Positions 1 to 10,629 of a DNA stretch of 64,000 bases are shown piece by piece. This stretch comes from Vicinamibacterales bacterium. Its GTDB lineage: Bacteria; Acidobacteriota; Vicinamibacteria; Vicinamibacterales; JAMQPK01. The first letter of the stretch is position 1, and every line of letters begins with the position of its first letter. Location: contig CAWGDN010000002.1 in the NCBI GenBank assembly GCA_963821375.1, forward strand, positions 808,546-872,545, written 5' to 3'. Made by a program: the position numbers and the translations under genes. Below the pieces are notes generated by a model, which saw only the letters and a list, made by a program, of their open reading frames with translations, had not been told where the DNA came from and did no database searches.

Positions 1-1024
1 CTCGGCCGCCGACAAGGTCGCATGGTGCTTGCAGAGGTACCCGATCGCCGCCCCCGCGAGCATGCCCTCACGGACCTTCTGCAGAGGGACTTTCCTGACC
101 TCGAGGAGGCGCGTAGACCAGCGCCGGCATCACGCCGGCGGAGCCGCCGGTCGGAGCCGTGATGACCAGATGGCCGCGTCCGTTCTCTTCGGAGGCGGCG
201 AGCGCAAACGCGGAGAGCACGCCGATGCCGCGGTCTGCCTGGAACTTGTCGTCCATGGCGCGCTTGTAGACGGTGGCGGCCTTGCTGTGCAGTTTGATCG
301 GGCCGGGCAGCACGTCGTCTTCCGGCATCGAAAGCCCCGACTTCACCGTCGCGACCATCGCGCCGATGACCTTGTCGACCCAGGCGTAGACCTCGGCCTC
401 CGACTTGCCCGAGATCGACATCTCGTTGGCGAGCATGATCTTGGCGATCGTGGTCTTGTTGGCGTCGGCGTGGCCCCGCAGCTCCTTCATCGTCCTGAAG
501 GGGTACTTCGGCGGGTTCTTCTTCGGCGGCGTGTACCCTTTCCACTCGATGAATCCGCCGCCCACCGAGTAGTACTCCTGCTCGAGCAACACCTGGTCGC
601 CGGCGAGGAGCTTGACGGTCATCGTGTTCGGGTGTTTGAAGTCGCCCTTGGTGGCGTCGTAGATGATGTCCTTGAGACTCACGTCGATCGACTTGCTTCC
701 GAGCTTCACCGGAAACACCTGGTCGGGCTTGTCGCGCAGGCCGTCGAGGAATTTCGGGTCGACGGTGGCCGGTTCGTTGCCGACCAGCCCAGCGAGCGCG
801 GCCCGCTCCGTCCCGTGTCCCTTGCCTGTCGCGCTGAGGCTGCCGAACAAGTTCACCTGAAGCTTCGTCGCTTTGGCCTGCTGGTCGGCGGGGAGCTTGG
901 TGGCCCGCTGGTAGAAGTCGTAGGTGATCCGCATGGGTCCGATCGTGTGGGAGCTCGACGGCCCCGGGCCCACCTTGTAGAACTCATCCACGGTCGTCAA
1001 CACCGGCCCCTTCCCCTTCAGCAC
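1..1024 (-). CDS. sdaA: L-serine ammonia-lyase (iron-sulfur L-serine dehydratase); 3' end runs off the window and the frame breaks near base 108
   Basis: ORF 68..1024 carries FYKVGPGPSSSHTIGPM and ITAPTGGSAGVMPALVY, typical SdaA motifs. After ALVYA the expected continuation (LLEVRKVPLQKVREGMLAGAAIGYLCKHHATLSAAE) reads in a second frame from ~107 down to base 1. Confidence 0.85.
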
Positions 1025-1037
1025 GACGTTGAGATCG

Positions 1038-1298
1038 TCAGCCAGCGGTGGCGCCGCTGGGGCGGCAGCAGCCTCCGGCTTCGCGGTGGCGACGGCCGTG
1101 GCTGTTTGCTGCTTCGGGAGTACGAGCGCATCCGGTCATCACGGCGGCGGCGCCGCCCACAGCCGTGCGCATCAAGAAACTGCGGCGATCGACTCCCTGT
1201 GGAGTCTCGTGCACGACCAGCTGCTGTGTGTCGGCTAGCGGATCCTGCGCAGGGGTCTCGGCCTCTTTGTGTGACATGGTCAGCCTGCTTCCTTTCAT
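1038..1298 (-). other. Tat-type lipoprotein signal-peptide ORF, out of frame with sdaA; possibly its displaced 5' end
   Basis: GVDRRSFLMRTAVGGAAAVMTGC has a twin-arginine RRxFL motif, a hydrophobic core and a lipobox-like MTGC. The sdaA frame is open from ~1130 down to 1024 and encodes an Ala/Pro linker (TATAVATAKPEAAAAPAAPPLADDLNVV). Confidence 0.45.
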
Positions 1299-1514
1299 CG
1301 TGATTCAGATACTTGAAGACGGCGCGAGCAGCCGTATCACCGCGAAACGCACGCGGTGTGCCAATGCTAGCACGCTGAAACGTGCGTGTTTCTGTCACCC
1401 TGACCCTGGCGAGGCGCCTGTGCAGCCCGTATCAGCCGGAGCCTCTACGAAATGTCGGAGGGTTCTCGCCCGCCGCGTGTGACGTATTTCTCGTTCTGTA
1501 GTAGGGTTTCGTGC

Positions 1515-3068
1515 ATGAATTCAATCGTACGAACCGTTGGATGTTTCGGCATTGTGTGTCTGTCGGTGATCTTCCTGTCTCCGGTCGCTCGAGCTGAGGA
1601 GCAGGCAGCCACAGCTCAGGCTGCCCTGCCTGCGGGCGGGCAGGTGGCGAGCCTCCTGACGTGCACGTCCCAAATCGGCGAGCGCATTCAGTGCACCGCT
1701 GATACATCGGGCGGCGTCGCGCTCGTGAGATCCAGGGGGACGGCTCCCTGCCTGTTCGGCGACAGTTGGGGCTTTGATGCCGCAGGCATCTGGGTTGCGG
1801 ACGGTTGCACTGGCGTGTTCCTTCTTGGCCGATTTGCGCAGGTGCCGACTCAGGTCACAGAGGTCAAACAGAGCGCTCCGTCTTATGTGCCGAACGCGGG
1901 ATTCCTGCTGGTCGACGGTGAGAAGGGGCAAATCTATTTCCGCCTGTTCAGCTATGCGCGCTACCTGAACCAGCGAAACCTGGACTCGACCTACGTCGAT
2001 GCGTTCGGCAATACCCAAACCGTGAAGCAGCGTCAGGACATCCAGCTCCAGAAGTTCTTCTCGCCATTCTCGGGTTGGTTTCTCGATCCGCGCTTCCGCT
2101 ACTACCTCTACGTCTGGTCGTCGAACGCGTCGCAGGGCGATTCGGCACAGGTTGTAGGAGCCGGAAACTTGAGCTGGACATTCAATCGATTCGTCACTTT
2201 TGGAGCCGGCATCACGTCGCTGCCCTCTACGCGCAGCACCGAGGGACAATTTCCATACTGGCTGGGCGTCGACAATCGCCTGATCGCCGATGAATTCTTC
2301 AGAGGCTCATACACGTCAGGGGCCTGGTTGAAAGGCGAGATCGCCGCGAACATGAAGTACTTCGTGATGATCGGGAACAACCTGAGCACGCTTGGCGTCA
2401 GCGCGGCGCAGCTCGACAACGGGTTGAACACGGTTAGCGCGTCGGTCAATTGGCTGCCGACGACCGGCGAGTTCGGGTTGTGGGGCACGTTCGGCGATTA
2501 CGATTACCACCAGAAGCTCGCCACCAGGGTCGGGGCTCACTTCACGCATAGCGTTGAGGACAAACAATCGCAGCCGGGCACCGAAGGCATCGAGAACAGC
2601 CAGATTCGGCTGACCGACGGCAGCAGCATCTTCACCCCCAGCCTGTTTGGTCCCGACACCACGGTCGAGAAGGTCACCTACAAGATGCTCAGCCTCGACG
2701 CCGGTTTCAAGAAGAAGGGTGTGTCGGTGGAGGGGGAGTATTTCTGGCGCTGGCTGAACAACTATGAGGGCCTGAACACCTCTGGAGTCCCCGACATCTC
2801 CGATCACGGTTACCAGTTGCAGACTTCGGCGGTGCCCATTCCACAGATCCTGCAGGGATACGTCAGCTGGTCACAGATTTTTGGTCAGTATGGCGATCCC
2901 TGGGAGGTGCGCGGTGGGGCGAACTGGTACTTCCTGAAGCAGCGCGGCGTCCGGGTGAACACCGAGCTGATGCACGTCAACAGATCACCAGTCGGCTACA
3001 CCAACTATCCATACCCAGTGGGGGCGAACGGATTCGTCATCCACACGAATCTCGAGATGAATTTCTGA
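1515..3068 (+). CDS. outer-membrane porin-like beta-barrel with an N-terminal Cys-rich DUF3011-like module
   Basis: Signal-like MNSIVRTVGCFGIVCLSVIFLSPVARA. A Cys-rich block (CTSQ..C..C..WGFD..IWVADGC) is followed by a long strand-like sequence ending HTNLEMNF; a C-terminal Phe is typical of OM barrels. Start moved to ATG 1515 inside track ORF 1452..3068. Confidence 0.6.
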   Translation: MNSIVRTVGCFGIVCLSVIFLSPVARAEEQAATAQAALPAGGQVASLLTCTSQIGERIQCTADTSGGVALVRSRGTAPCLFGDSWGFDAAGIWVADGCTGVFLLGRFAQVPTQVTEVKQSAPSYVPNAGFLLVDGEKGQIYFRLFSYARYLNQRNLDSTYVDAFGNTQTVKQRQDIQLQKFFSPFSGWFLDPRFRYYLYVWSSNASQGDSAQVVGAGNLSWTFNRFVTFGAGITSLPSTRSTEGQFPYWLGVDNRLIADEFFRGSYTSGAWLKGEIAANMKYFVMIGNNLSTLGVSAAQLDNGLNTVSASVNWLPTTGEFGLWGTFGDYDYHQKLATRVGAHFTHSVEDKQSQPGTEGIENSQIRLTDGSSIFTPSLFGPDTTVEKVTYKMLSLDAGFKKKGVSVEGEYFWRWLNNYEGLNTSGVPDISDHGYQLQTSAVPIPQILQGYVSWSQIFGQYGDPWEVRGGANWYFLKQRGVRVNTELMHVNRSPVGYTNYPYPVGANGFVIHTNLEMNF

Positions 3069-3086
3069 TCGTCGCTGAGTGCGTGT

Positions 3087-4343
3087 TCAGAGTCTGGTGA
3101 GCAGCCCACTCAACAAACCGACGAGCTCGCGGACGCTCACGATTCCGAATAGCAGCGCCGCAATCACAAGTCCCGTGTTGCTGACCGGGCCGCTGCGCCA
3201 TTCTTCAGGGACGCGATCAGAGTTGAGAAGCAAGAGAAGCGTGATGGCCAGGAACGGCATGAACAGCGAACCGAGCACGCCGTAAACCAGCACGAGTTGG
3301 AATGGGCGTCCGAGAAACAGCAGAAGAAGAGGAGGAAACGTCAGCCAGCACAAATAGAAGCGGAAGGCGGCGCTCCGCTCGCGCGGTACGTCAGGCGACG
3401 CGCCATGCGGCCGCAGGTGATCGACGAAGTCCGCAAACAGCATGCTCACGCCGTGCCAGACGCCCAACACGGACGTGAATGCCGCCGCCCAGAATCCCAA
3501 CAGAAACATGACGGCCACGCCTTGCCCGAACCGGTTGCGGAGAATTTCGGACAGATCAAGAAGGCCGCGATCGCCGTCCGTCAGCGCGATGCCCCTGCCG
3601 TGCAGCAACTCGGCGCCCACGACGAGCATCGACAGCACGAACAACCCGGTCACGGCGTACGCGATGGCGTTGTCGTATCGCATCACGCCGATCCAGCGCG
3701 AGTCCGTCCATCCCTTGGCCTGCACCCAGTAGCCGTACGCGGCCATGGTGATCGTCCCGCCGACGCCGCCGATCAAACCGAGCGTGTAGATACCTGACCC
3801 TGGCGGGAGAATCGGGGCCAGTCCACCGGCCACGTCGGCCGCGCGCGGAGGCATGGCCACGGCGAGAGCGACGGCCGTGAGAAACATCAGTCCGGCCAAC
3901 GCCGCCATCAACCGCTCGAACGATGGATAGCGATTGAACCAGACGAACACGAGGGAGAAGAGTCCAGAAGCAACCGCCCACACCCACAGAGGTGCAAGAG
4001 GGAAGAGCGCTTGGAGCGGCAGTGCACTCGCCGACATGCCGGCAGCGCCGTACACGAAGCCCCAGATCACGATGTAGACGCCGAAGTACGCGCGCGCCCA
4101 CATTCCCAGGCTGGCCCAGCCATCGAAGATCGTGCGCCCGGTGGCCAGATGCCAGCGACCCGTGCCTTCCGCAAGGATCGCTTTGACCACGCAACCGGCA
4201 ATGACGGCCCAGAGGAGCTGATAGCGAAAGCGCTCACCCGCGATGAGCGTGGCGATGAGGTCGCCGGATCCGACGCCAGTCGCCGCGACAACGATGCCGG
4301 GACCGATGAGCTGCCAGCGAGTACGCTGGCCGGAGGCAGGCAT
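3087..4343 (-). CDS. NRAMP-family divalent metal cation transporter
   Basis: Polytopic membrane protein with N-terminal GPGIVVAATGVGSGDLIATLIAGERFRYQLLW and Nramp-like organisation overall. Start moved to ATG 4343 (MPASGQ). Confidence 0.75.
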   Translation of the reverse strand: MPASGQRTRWQLIGPGIVVAATGVGSGDLIATLIAGERFRYQLLWAVIAGCVVKAILAEGTGRWHLATGRTIFDGWASLGMWARAYFGVYIVIWGFVYGAAGMSASALPLQALFPLAPLWVWAVASGLFSLVFVWFNRYPSFERLMAALAGLMFLTAVALAVAMPPRAADVAGGLAPILPPGSGIYTLGLIGGVGGTITMAAYGYWVQAKGWTDSRWIGVMRYDNAIAYAVTGLFVLSMLVVGAELLHGRGIALTDGDRGLLDLSEILRNRFGQGVAVMFLLGFWAAAFTSVLGVWHGVSMLFADFVDHLRPHGASPDVPRERSAAFRFYLCWLTFPPLLLLFLGRPFQLVLVYGVLGSLFMPFLAITLLLLLNSDRVPEEWRSGPVSNTGLVIAALLFGIVSVRELVGLLSGLLTRL

Positions 4344-4369
4344 GATGAGGAGTGGTGCGCGAGATCCTA

Positions 4370-5607
4370 TCAGAGCACGTGTTCTTTTCTGTGCGCTGCG
4401 AAATCCACGAACGTCTTGATCACGATGAGCAAGGCGAGTGCGCCGACGGTGCTGCCGAGTCCCATGATGATCCATCCGCCGAAGATCAACGTCAGGTGCA
4501 TCACGATGATCCGGTTGTAGGGCGCCTTCATCAACGCGTTCATCGTTGTCGTCGCGTACTCACGGCGCCCGAGGAAATTCGTTTGGTACGACACGCCGTG
4601 GCTGATGAACAGTGCAACCAGCGGTACCCACAGCGGCTCGAACGTAGACCGCAGTGCCACGAGAACGTGGGGCTCCGGACCCGTTGCTGCTATCCCTCGG
4701 ATGAAGAGCATATAGATGAAGAGGAAGTGCATCGCCATGAATCCGCCGAAGTGCGCGAAGAAGAACGGAATCGAAACGATGGCCAGCGCCTTGCCGACGA
4801 CCGCCATCTTCAGGGCGGTGTAGAACGCGATGGTCGCGCTCTCGGCCCAGTACAGCACGACGACCTCGGCGAGATCCCACCGAAGAACAGCACGCCGGCG
4901 AGTGGCAGCAGGTTGGCGGCAATGAGCGCGAGGCCGGACGCTGACGCGACCGATGGTGGCGCGTCGGCAGGGATTGGGGATTGGGAGCTGGAAGCTGGTG
5001 GCTGAGAGCTCAAGGCTGGCGGCTGAAAGCTGGGAGCCGGCGGCTGCGGGTTCGTCAGAGCCGCCACTCTTGCGGATTGCTCGATCGTGTTCATCAGCCG
5101 CTCGGCGTCCGATCGCGGCATGGCGTCGCCGATCCCCGACGTGCCCCCGCCGTAGTCGAACGCGAGACGCACGCGATCTCCAGCTCCCGCAGGCTCGAGC
5201 CGCACGTTGCGAAGCTTGGCGAGGTCGTACTCGATCGCGAGGTTCAACGGTCCGAGGGTCGGTAGGTGAACGAGCCTGTTTCCCTGAAGCCGTGCCGACT
5301 CTTTGCAGAACAAGAAGAGCACCGTCAGTCCACCGAGGACCGCAACGCCGACCGACCATCCCATCACCCAGAATCCCATGAACAGAAACGTCATGAGACC
5401 GAAGACATCGTCGATTGAGTGATTGGCGAATTGCGATATGGCGCTGACTTCGACCGCGAGGAAGATGGCGAACATGGCGCCAAGCACGAGACCGGCCGGC
5501 CTCATGTTCCGAGGGGGCAGTTGAAGCGGGATGCTGCCTGGTGCCTCATCACGCCATTGCACCCGAATTCGCTCGGGCCAGCCCTTGCGCACCGTGGTCG
5601 ACGTCAC
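4370..5607 (-). CDS. membrane protein with an N-terminal TM/soluble region, a 7-aa-repeat linker and a DUF6498-like C-terminal membrane domain; frame break near 4879
   Basis: Track ORF 4810..5607 ends ...LIAANLLPLAGVLFFG. Track ORF 4370..5359 continues WDLAEVVVLYWAESATIAFYT..., the typical DUF6498 start. One missing base in ggt(t)ggg would join them. Confidence 0.6.
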
Positions 5608-5643
5608 CTCCTAACTATCGGACGGTGGCCGATAGAGCGCACA

Positions 5644-6501
5644 TCATTCGATCGCGTCGAGTCCTTCGGTCAATTCGATGTAGGTTCCCCATGGGTCGGT
5701 GATGAAGGCAATCGACGCCTTGAGGTCCGGCACCTGCCGGACATTGACCGCTTTGATGCCCATTGCTTCGAGCTTCTTGAGGAATTCGGCCAGATTGTCG
5801 ATCTCGAACCCCACGTGATCGACCACCCTGCCTTGCGTACCGACGACGGGAGTTGTCGAAGCCGAGAAGTTCAACGACACTCCGGGGAGCGTTGCCGTGA
5901 GGAAACGCCCGCCCGGCGCGCCGGCTTTCGCGCCGAACACTTTGACGTACCAGGCCTGCATCTCTTCGTTCTGCTGGCCGAAGAAGTGCACGTGTTGGAG
6001 CGCGACCGGCGCCTTCTGCTCAGGGATCTGAACGAGCTCGACCTTGAGATCGTCAGGACCCAGGACGAACGCAAGCGACCGGCCGGTGCCATTCGGATTG
6101 CCGGTGATGTCATCGTTCACCGGCCAGCCCTCGGGCGCACTTTCGCGCGTGACCATGCGGTAACCGCCGGCCCTCAGCTTGTCGATCACCGGCCGCAGGT
6201 TGGGCACCGAGAGGCCAAGATGATCGGCGGTTGTGCCCACCGAACCCCCCTTGGGAGCCTGCTGTCGAAGGAAGACCAGCACGTTCGGGAACTTGATGAT
6301 CTCCCGTCCGCCGATGGTGATCGGAACGCCCCCGAGGGTGTCGGCAAAGAACTTCTTGTGCTCTGCGGTATTCGTCGCGTTGACGTGATGGTGACCGTAG
6401 ACGACCGGACCGTCCTTCGCGACCGAAAGCTGTCCCGACGCCGGGCCAGCATTCAGAAGCAGGACCAAGCCGAGGATGGAGGTCAGCAGTCTTGATTTCA
6501 T
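5644..6501 (-). CDS. secreted two-domain VOC (glyoxalase/bleomycin-resistance/dioxygenase) family protein
   Basis: Signal peptide MKSRLLTSILGLVLLLNAGPASG, followed by two repeated VOC-like modules (HHHVNATN..., LQHVHFFG..., VDHVGFEID). Confidence 0.7.
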   Translation of the reverse strand: MKSRLLTSILGLVLLLNAGPASGQLSVAKDGPVVYGHHHVNATNTAEHKKFFADTLGGVPITIGGREIIKFPNVLVFLRQQAPKGGSVGTTADHLGLSVPNLRPVIDKLRAGGYRMVTRESAPEGWPVNDDITGNPNGTGRSLAFVLGPDDLKVELVQIPEQKAPVALQHVHFFGQQNEEMQAWYVKVFGAKAGAPGGRFLTATLPGVSLNFSASTTPVVGTQGRVVDHVGFEIDNLAEFLKKLEAMGIKAVNVRQVPDLKASIAFITDPWGTYIELTEGLDAIE

Positions 6502-6634
6502 AGAGTGTTCCTTTGTCGTGAGAGTTGCGGCGCCACTTTACAGCTTCCAGCTTTCAGCCGCCAGCTTCCAGCTCTAAGCCCCAACCCCTAGTCCCTAGCC
6601 CCTGACTGGAACGAAGCTGTTCTATGCTTGGGAG

Positions 6635-7756
6635 ATGGACCTCGATCTGAGCGCCCATCAGCGGGACGTTCAGCGCAGGGCGCGCGAGTTCGCCGAGACA
6701 TCTGTCGCGCCGGTTGCCGCCGAGCTGGATAGGCAGGGGCGTTGCCCTGCCGAGATCATCGCCGGCGTCGCCCGCCTCGGCCTGCTCGGCTGCGAGCACG
6801 ACTTTGTCGCCTACACCGCCGGACTCGTCGAAATCTCCAGAGCCTGGGCCTCGCTCGGATCGATCGTCGCCGTTCACAACTCGCTGGTCTGCTACCCGAT
6901 CGCGCGCTACGGCACCGACGCACAAAAGAAGAAGTACCTGTCTCTGCTCACCGATCAGCGGCAGCTTGGGTGCTACGCGTTTGCCGAACCATTCGCCGGC
7001 TCAGACGCCGGAGCGATCAGGACGACGGCCGTCGCTGACGGGGATGTGTTCGTGCTCAACGGCCACAAGCGATTCGTGACGAACGGGCGCCAGGCCCGAG
7101 TGGCGATTGTCTACGCGCTGACGGACCCGGCCAGAGGGCGCGACGGTCTTTCGGCTTTTCTTGTTGAGATGAACGCGCCGGGGCTGACGGTAGGTGACAC
7201 CAATGACATGCTTGGACTGCGCGCCGCCGAAACCGTCGACCTGCTGCTCAGTGATTGCCGCGTGCCGAAGGCGAACCTGCTCGGCGGGCTGCACGAAGGA
7301 TTCGCCATTGCTCGTGAAGTGGTCGAGGGCGGTCGGATCGACATCGCCGCGCAGGCCGTGGGCATCGGCGAGGCGTGTCTCGAGCAGAGCATTGCAAAGG
7401 CGAAGAGCCGCAGGCAGTTCGGCCGGCCGATTGCCGAGTTCGAGGCAATCCAGTGGATGGTCGCCGACATGTCGACGGAAATCGATGCCGCACGGTTGCT
7501 GATGTTCAAGGCGGCTGCAATGCGCGCGGCGAATCCTGGAGACGGGCGGCTGACGATCGCGGCTGCCATGGCCAAGCTCTTCGCGTCGGAGGCCGCCAAC
7601 CGCGCGGCGTACAACGCGCTGCAGATCTTCGGCGGCCACGGATACCTTACGGAATTTCCGGTTGAACGCCTCTATCGCGATGCCCGGGCGATGACGCTGT
7701 ACGAAGAGACGTCAGAGATCGAGCGATTGGTGATTGAACGAGAGTTGGCGAAATAA
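6635..7756 (+). CDS. acyl-CoA dehydrogenase
   Basis: Full-length ACAD pattern: [48 protein letters not shown]. Confidence 0.9.
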   Translation: MDLDLSAHQRDVQRRAREFAETSVAPVAAELDRQGRCPAEIIAGVARLGLLGCEHDFVAYTAGLVEISRAWASLGSIVAVHNSLVCYPIARYGTDAQKKKYLSLLTDQRQLGCYAFAEPFAGSDAGAIRTTAVADGDVFVLNGHKRFVTNGRQARVAIVYALTDPARGRDGLSAFLVEMNAPGLTVGDTNDMLGLRAAETVDLLLSDCRVPKANLLGGLHEGFAIAREVVEGGRIDIAAQAVGIGEACLEQSIAKAKSRRQFGRPIAEFEAIQWMVADMSTEIDAARLLMFKAAAMRAANPGDGRLTIAAAMAKLFASEAANRAAYNALQIFGGHGYLTEFPVERLYRDARAMTLYEETSEIERLVIERELAK

Positions 7757-8898
7757 TGCCACTTATTTCCCTCACCGAAGACCAGCAACTTCTCAAGCAG
7801 GCGATGCGCGAGTTCGCCGAGGGGGAGATCGCTCCGGGCGCGGCCGAACGTGACGAGCAGTCGCGCTTTCCCTCTGAACTGATTCCGAAGCTGGCCGAGC
7901 AGGGCGTTCTGGGCATCATGGTTCCAGAGGAGTACGGCGGCGCCGGGTACGATGCCGTGAGCGCCGCTCTCATCATCGAAGAAATCGCGCGCGTCGATGC
8001 GGCAGTGGCATTGCTGGTCGGATCGCACAACTCGCTATGCTCGGGCCACATCCTGCTGGCCGGAAGCGCGGAGCAGAAGAAGAAATATCTTCCGCCGCTC
8101 GCGCGAGGCGAGAAGCTCGGTGCCTGGGCGCTCACCGAACCCGGATCGGGATCCGACGCGGGCGCCATGCGCACGCGGGCGACGCTCGAAGGCGATGGAT
8201 GGGTGATTCGCGGCGACAAGCAGTTCATCACGCAGGGCTCGACCGCCGGCACGTACGTCATCATGGCATCGACCGATCCAGGCCAGGGCGCGAAAGGCAT
8301 CTCCGCGTTCATCGTCGATCGAAATACACAAGGTCTTGCGGTCGGCAAGCTCGAGAAGAAGCTTGGCGTTCGCGCGTCGGACACCGCCGCGTTGCACTTC
8401 GACGAGATGCGCGTTCCCAAGGAGAACCTGCTGGGCAACGTGAATGAAGGATTCAAGGACGTGCTGACCGTCCTCGCCGCGGCGCGCATCGGCATGGCGG
8501 CGCTGGCGGTTGGGATCGCACAGGGAGCGCTCGACGAGGCGCTCGCGTATGCGAAGCGGCGCCGCCAGTTCGGCAAGCCCATCCTCGAGTACGAGGCGAT
8601 CCAGTGGATGCTCGCCGACATGGCGACCGAAAGCGAAGCGGCCAGGCTGCTGGCGTGGCATGCGGCGGCGCTTAAAGATGAGGGAAGGCCTTACCTTCGC
8701 GTGGCGTCTCAGGCGAAGCTGTATTCATCGGAGGTTGCGGTTCGGTCGACGTCCAAGGCCATCCAGATTCACGGTGGATACGGCTATCTGAAGGACTCGC
8801 CGGTCGAGCGGTTCTATCGCGACGCCAAACTGTGCGAGATCGGCGAGGGAACGTCGGAGGTACAGCGGATGGTCATCGCTCGAGAACTGTTCCGGTGA
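7756..8898 (+). CDS. acyl-CoA dehydrogenase (short/branched-chain type)
   Basis: [51 protein letters not shown]. Its start overlaps the stop of the upstream ACAD gene. Confidence 0.9.
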   Translation: MPLISLTEDQQLLKQAMREFAEGEIAPGAAERDEQSRFPSELIPKLAEQGVLGIMVPEEYGGAGYDAVSAALIIEEIARVDAAVALLVGSHNSLCSGHILLAGSAEQKKKYLPPLARGEKLGAWALTEPGSGSDAGAMRTRATLEGDGWVIRGDKQFITQGSTAGTYVIMASTDPGQGAKGISAFIVDRNTQGLAVGKLEKKLGVRASDTAALHFDEMRVPKENLLGNVNEGFKDVLTVLAAARIGMAALAVGIAQGALDEALAYAKRRRQFGKPILEYEAIQWMLADMATESEAARLLAWHAAALKDEGRPYLRVASQAKLYSSEVAVRSTSKAIQIHGGYGYLKDSPVERFYRDAKLCEIGEGTSEVQRMVIARELFR

Positions 8899-10259
8899 AG
8901 CGCATCGTCATCGCCAATTGCGGCGGGTTCTGGGGCGACGACCCTTCAGCGCCGCGGCGTCAGGTCGACGGTGGGCCCATCGACTACCTGGTGATGGACT
9001 ATCTCGCCGAGGTGACGATGGCGATTCTGCAGAAACAGCGAGCGCGCCATCCCGAGACAGGGTTTCCGGCCGACGCGGTCGCCCACGTGCGCGATGTGCT
9101 GCCGTCGTGCGTCGATCGCGGCATCCGCATCATCACCAATGCCGGCGGCGTCAACCCGTTCGGCTGCCGGGCCGCCATCGAGGCGGCCGCGCGAGATCTC
9201 GGCCTCGGCGATCGTGTGACGGTCGGCGTTGTCGTCGGCGACGACATGTTCGGCAGTTTGGATGCGCTCGTTGCGTCAGGCGAGACGCTCGCGAACATGG
9301 ATACTGGTCAGCCGCTGTCTGACATTCGATCGAGAGTGCTGTCGGCCAACGCGTATATCGGCGCTGCGGGAATCGTCAGAGCGCTCGAACAGGGCGCGAA
9401 TGTCGTCGTCGCCGGACGAGTGGCCGATGCCGCGGTTGCGCTGGCCCCGATGATGTTCGAGTTCGGGTGGGCGAGCGACGACTGGGATCGGCTTGCCGCC
9501 GGCATTGTCGCAGGACACATCATCGAGTGCGGCGCGCAGTGCACTGGCGGAAACTTCACCGACTGGCACCTTGTGAAGACCTATCGCCGAATCGGCTTTC
9601 CTGTGGTCGAAGTCGACGAGGACGGAACGTTCGTCGTGACGAAGCACCCCGAGACCGGAGGTCTCGTGAGCGTGCATACGGTGGCGGAGCAACTGCTCTA
9701 CGAGATCGGGCCACCCGCCTACATGACGCCAGACGTGGTTGCGTTGTTCGATTCAGTGCGCCTCGATCAACAAGGTCCGGACAGAGTGCGCGTCACCGGC
9801 GCCCGCGGCGAGCCTGCTCCAGCGAAGCTCAAGGTCTCGATCAGCTATCACGCCGGTTGGCGCGCGTTCGGCCGGCTCGTCGTGTCCGGACCACAGGCAT
9901 TAGCGAAGGCCAACAAAGTGGCCGAGGCATTCTGGGAGAGCGCCGGCGGCCGCAACGCCTTCGACCAGGCACTGCATCAGTTCATCGGATGGAACGGCTG
10001 TCATGCGCCGCTGGCGACATGCGAGCCCGGCGAAGTGCTGGTACAGTTTGCTGTCCGCGACTCCGACGAGCGAAAGATCAACTCACGGTTCGGCCCGCAG
10101 CTCGTGCCGCGCGTGCTGGGAACGATCCCAGGCATCACGTACATCGCGGACCAGGGAAGGCCTCGCGCCTCCGAGGTCGTGGCGTTCTGGCCGGCGCTCG
10201 TCTCGCGCGAAGCCGTGGAACAGAAGGCAGTCGTCGGGGGTGAAGAGCTTGTCGTCTGA
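8895..10259 (+). CDS. atuA: acyclic terpene utilisation AtuA-family protein (DUF1446)
   Basis: [44 protein letters not shown] matches the AtuA N-terminus. GTG 8895 overlaps the upstream stop (GTGA). Confidence 0.75.
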   Translation: MKRIVIANCGGFWGDDPSAPRRQVDGGPIDYLVMDYLAEVTMAILQKQRARHPETGFPADAVAHVRDVLPSCVDRGIRIITNAGGVNPFGCRAAIEAAARDLGLGDRVTVGVVVGDDMFGSLDALVASGETLANMDTGQPLSDIRSRVLSANAYIGAAGIVRALEQGANVVVAGRVADAAVALAPMMFEFGWASDDWDRLAAGIVAGHIIECGAQCTGGNFTDWHLVKTYRRIGFPVVEVDEDGTFVVTKHPETGGLVSVHTVAEQLLYEIGPPAYMTPDVVALFDSVRLDQQGPDRVRVTGARGEPAPAKLKVSISYHAGWRAFGRLVVSGPQALAKANKVAEAFWESAGGRNAFDQALHQFIGWNGCHAPLATCEPGEVLVQFAVRDSDERKINSRFGPQLVPRVLGTIPGITYIADQGRPRASEVVAFWPALVSREAVEQKAVVGGEELVV

Positions 10260-10629
10260 GCCGAAGGTTGTCCGCGTGCCGCTCATGCGCCTGTGCCTCG
10301 CGCGGTCTGGCGACAAGGGCGACACCGCCAACATCGGCGTCATCGCCCGATCCGAAGCGATCTACGCATGGGTGCTCGAACATCTCACTCCGGCGTTCGT
10401 CAAGCGCCACTTCGACGACGTGTGCGAGGGAGAGGTGGAGCGCTTCGAGCTGCCGAACCTGATGGCCGTCAACTTTCTGCTGCACAACAGTCTCGGCGGC
10501 GGCGGCACGCTCTCGCTGCTGCTCGACGCGCAAGGCAAGACGTACGCACAATATCTGCTCGCCGCCGAAGTAGAGGTGCCAGAAGAGCTGATCCATGCAG
10601 ATGCTTCCGACGCTCGTCAGCAAGGATAG
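10240..10629 (+). CDS. AtuA-associated small protein (AtuA C-terminal-like domain)
   Basis: LARSGDKGDTANIGVIARS motif, located immediately after atuA. The start is uncertain: GTG 10240, TTG 10249, GTG 10276 or ATG 10285. Confidence 0.55.
   Translation: MKSLSSEPKVVRVPLMRLCLARSGDKGDTANIGVIARSEAIYAWVLEHLTPAFVKRHFDDVCEGEVERFELPNLMAVNFLLHNSLGGGGTLSLLLDAQGKTYAQYLLAAEVEVPEELIHADASDARQQG

Noticed and set aside
29-1303. 424-aa plus-strand ORF
   Set aside because: It is antisense to the well-supported sdaA gene. Its composition is Arg/Gly/His-rich, typical of spurious antisense ORFs in GC-rich DNA.
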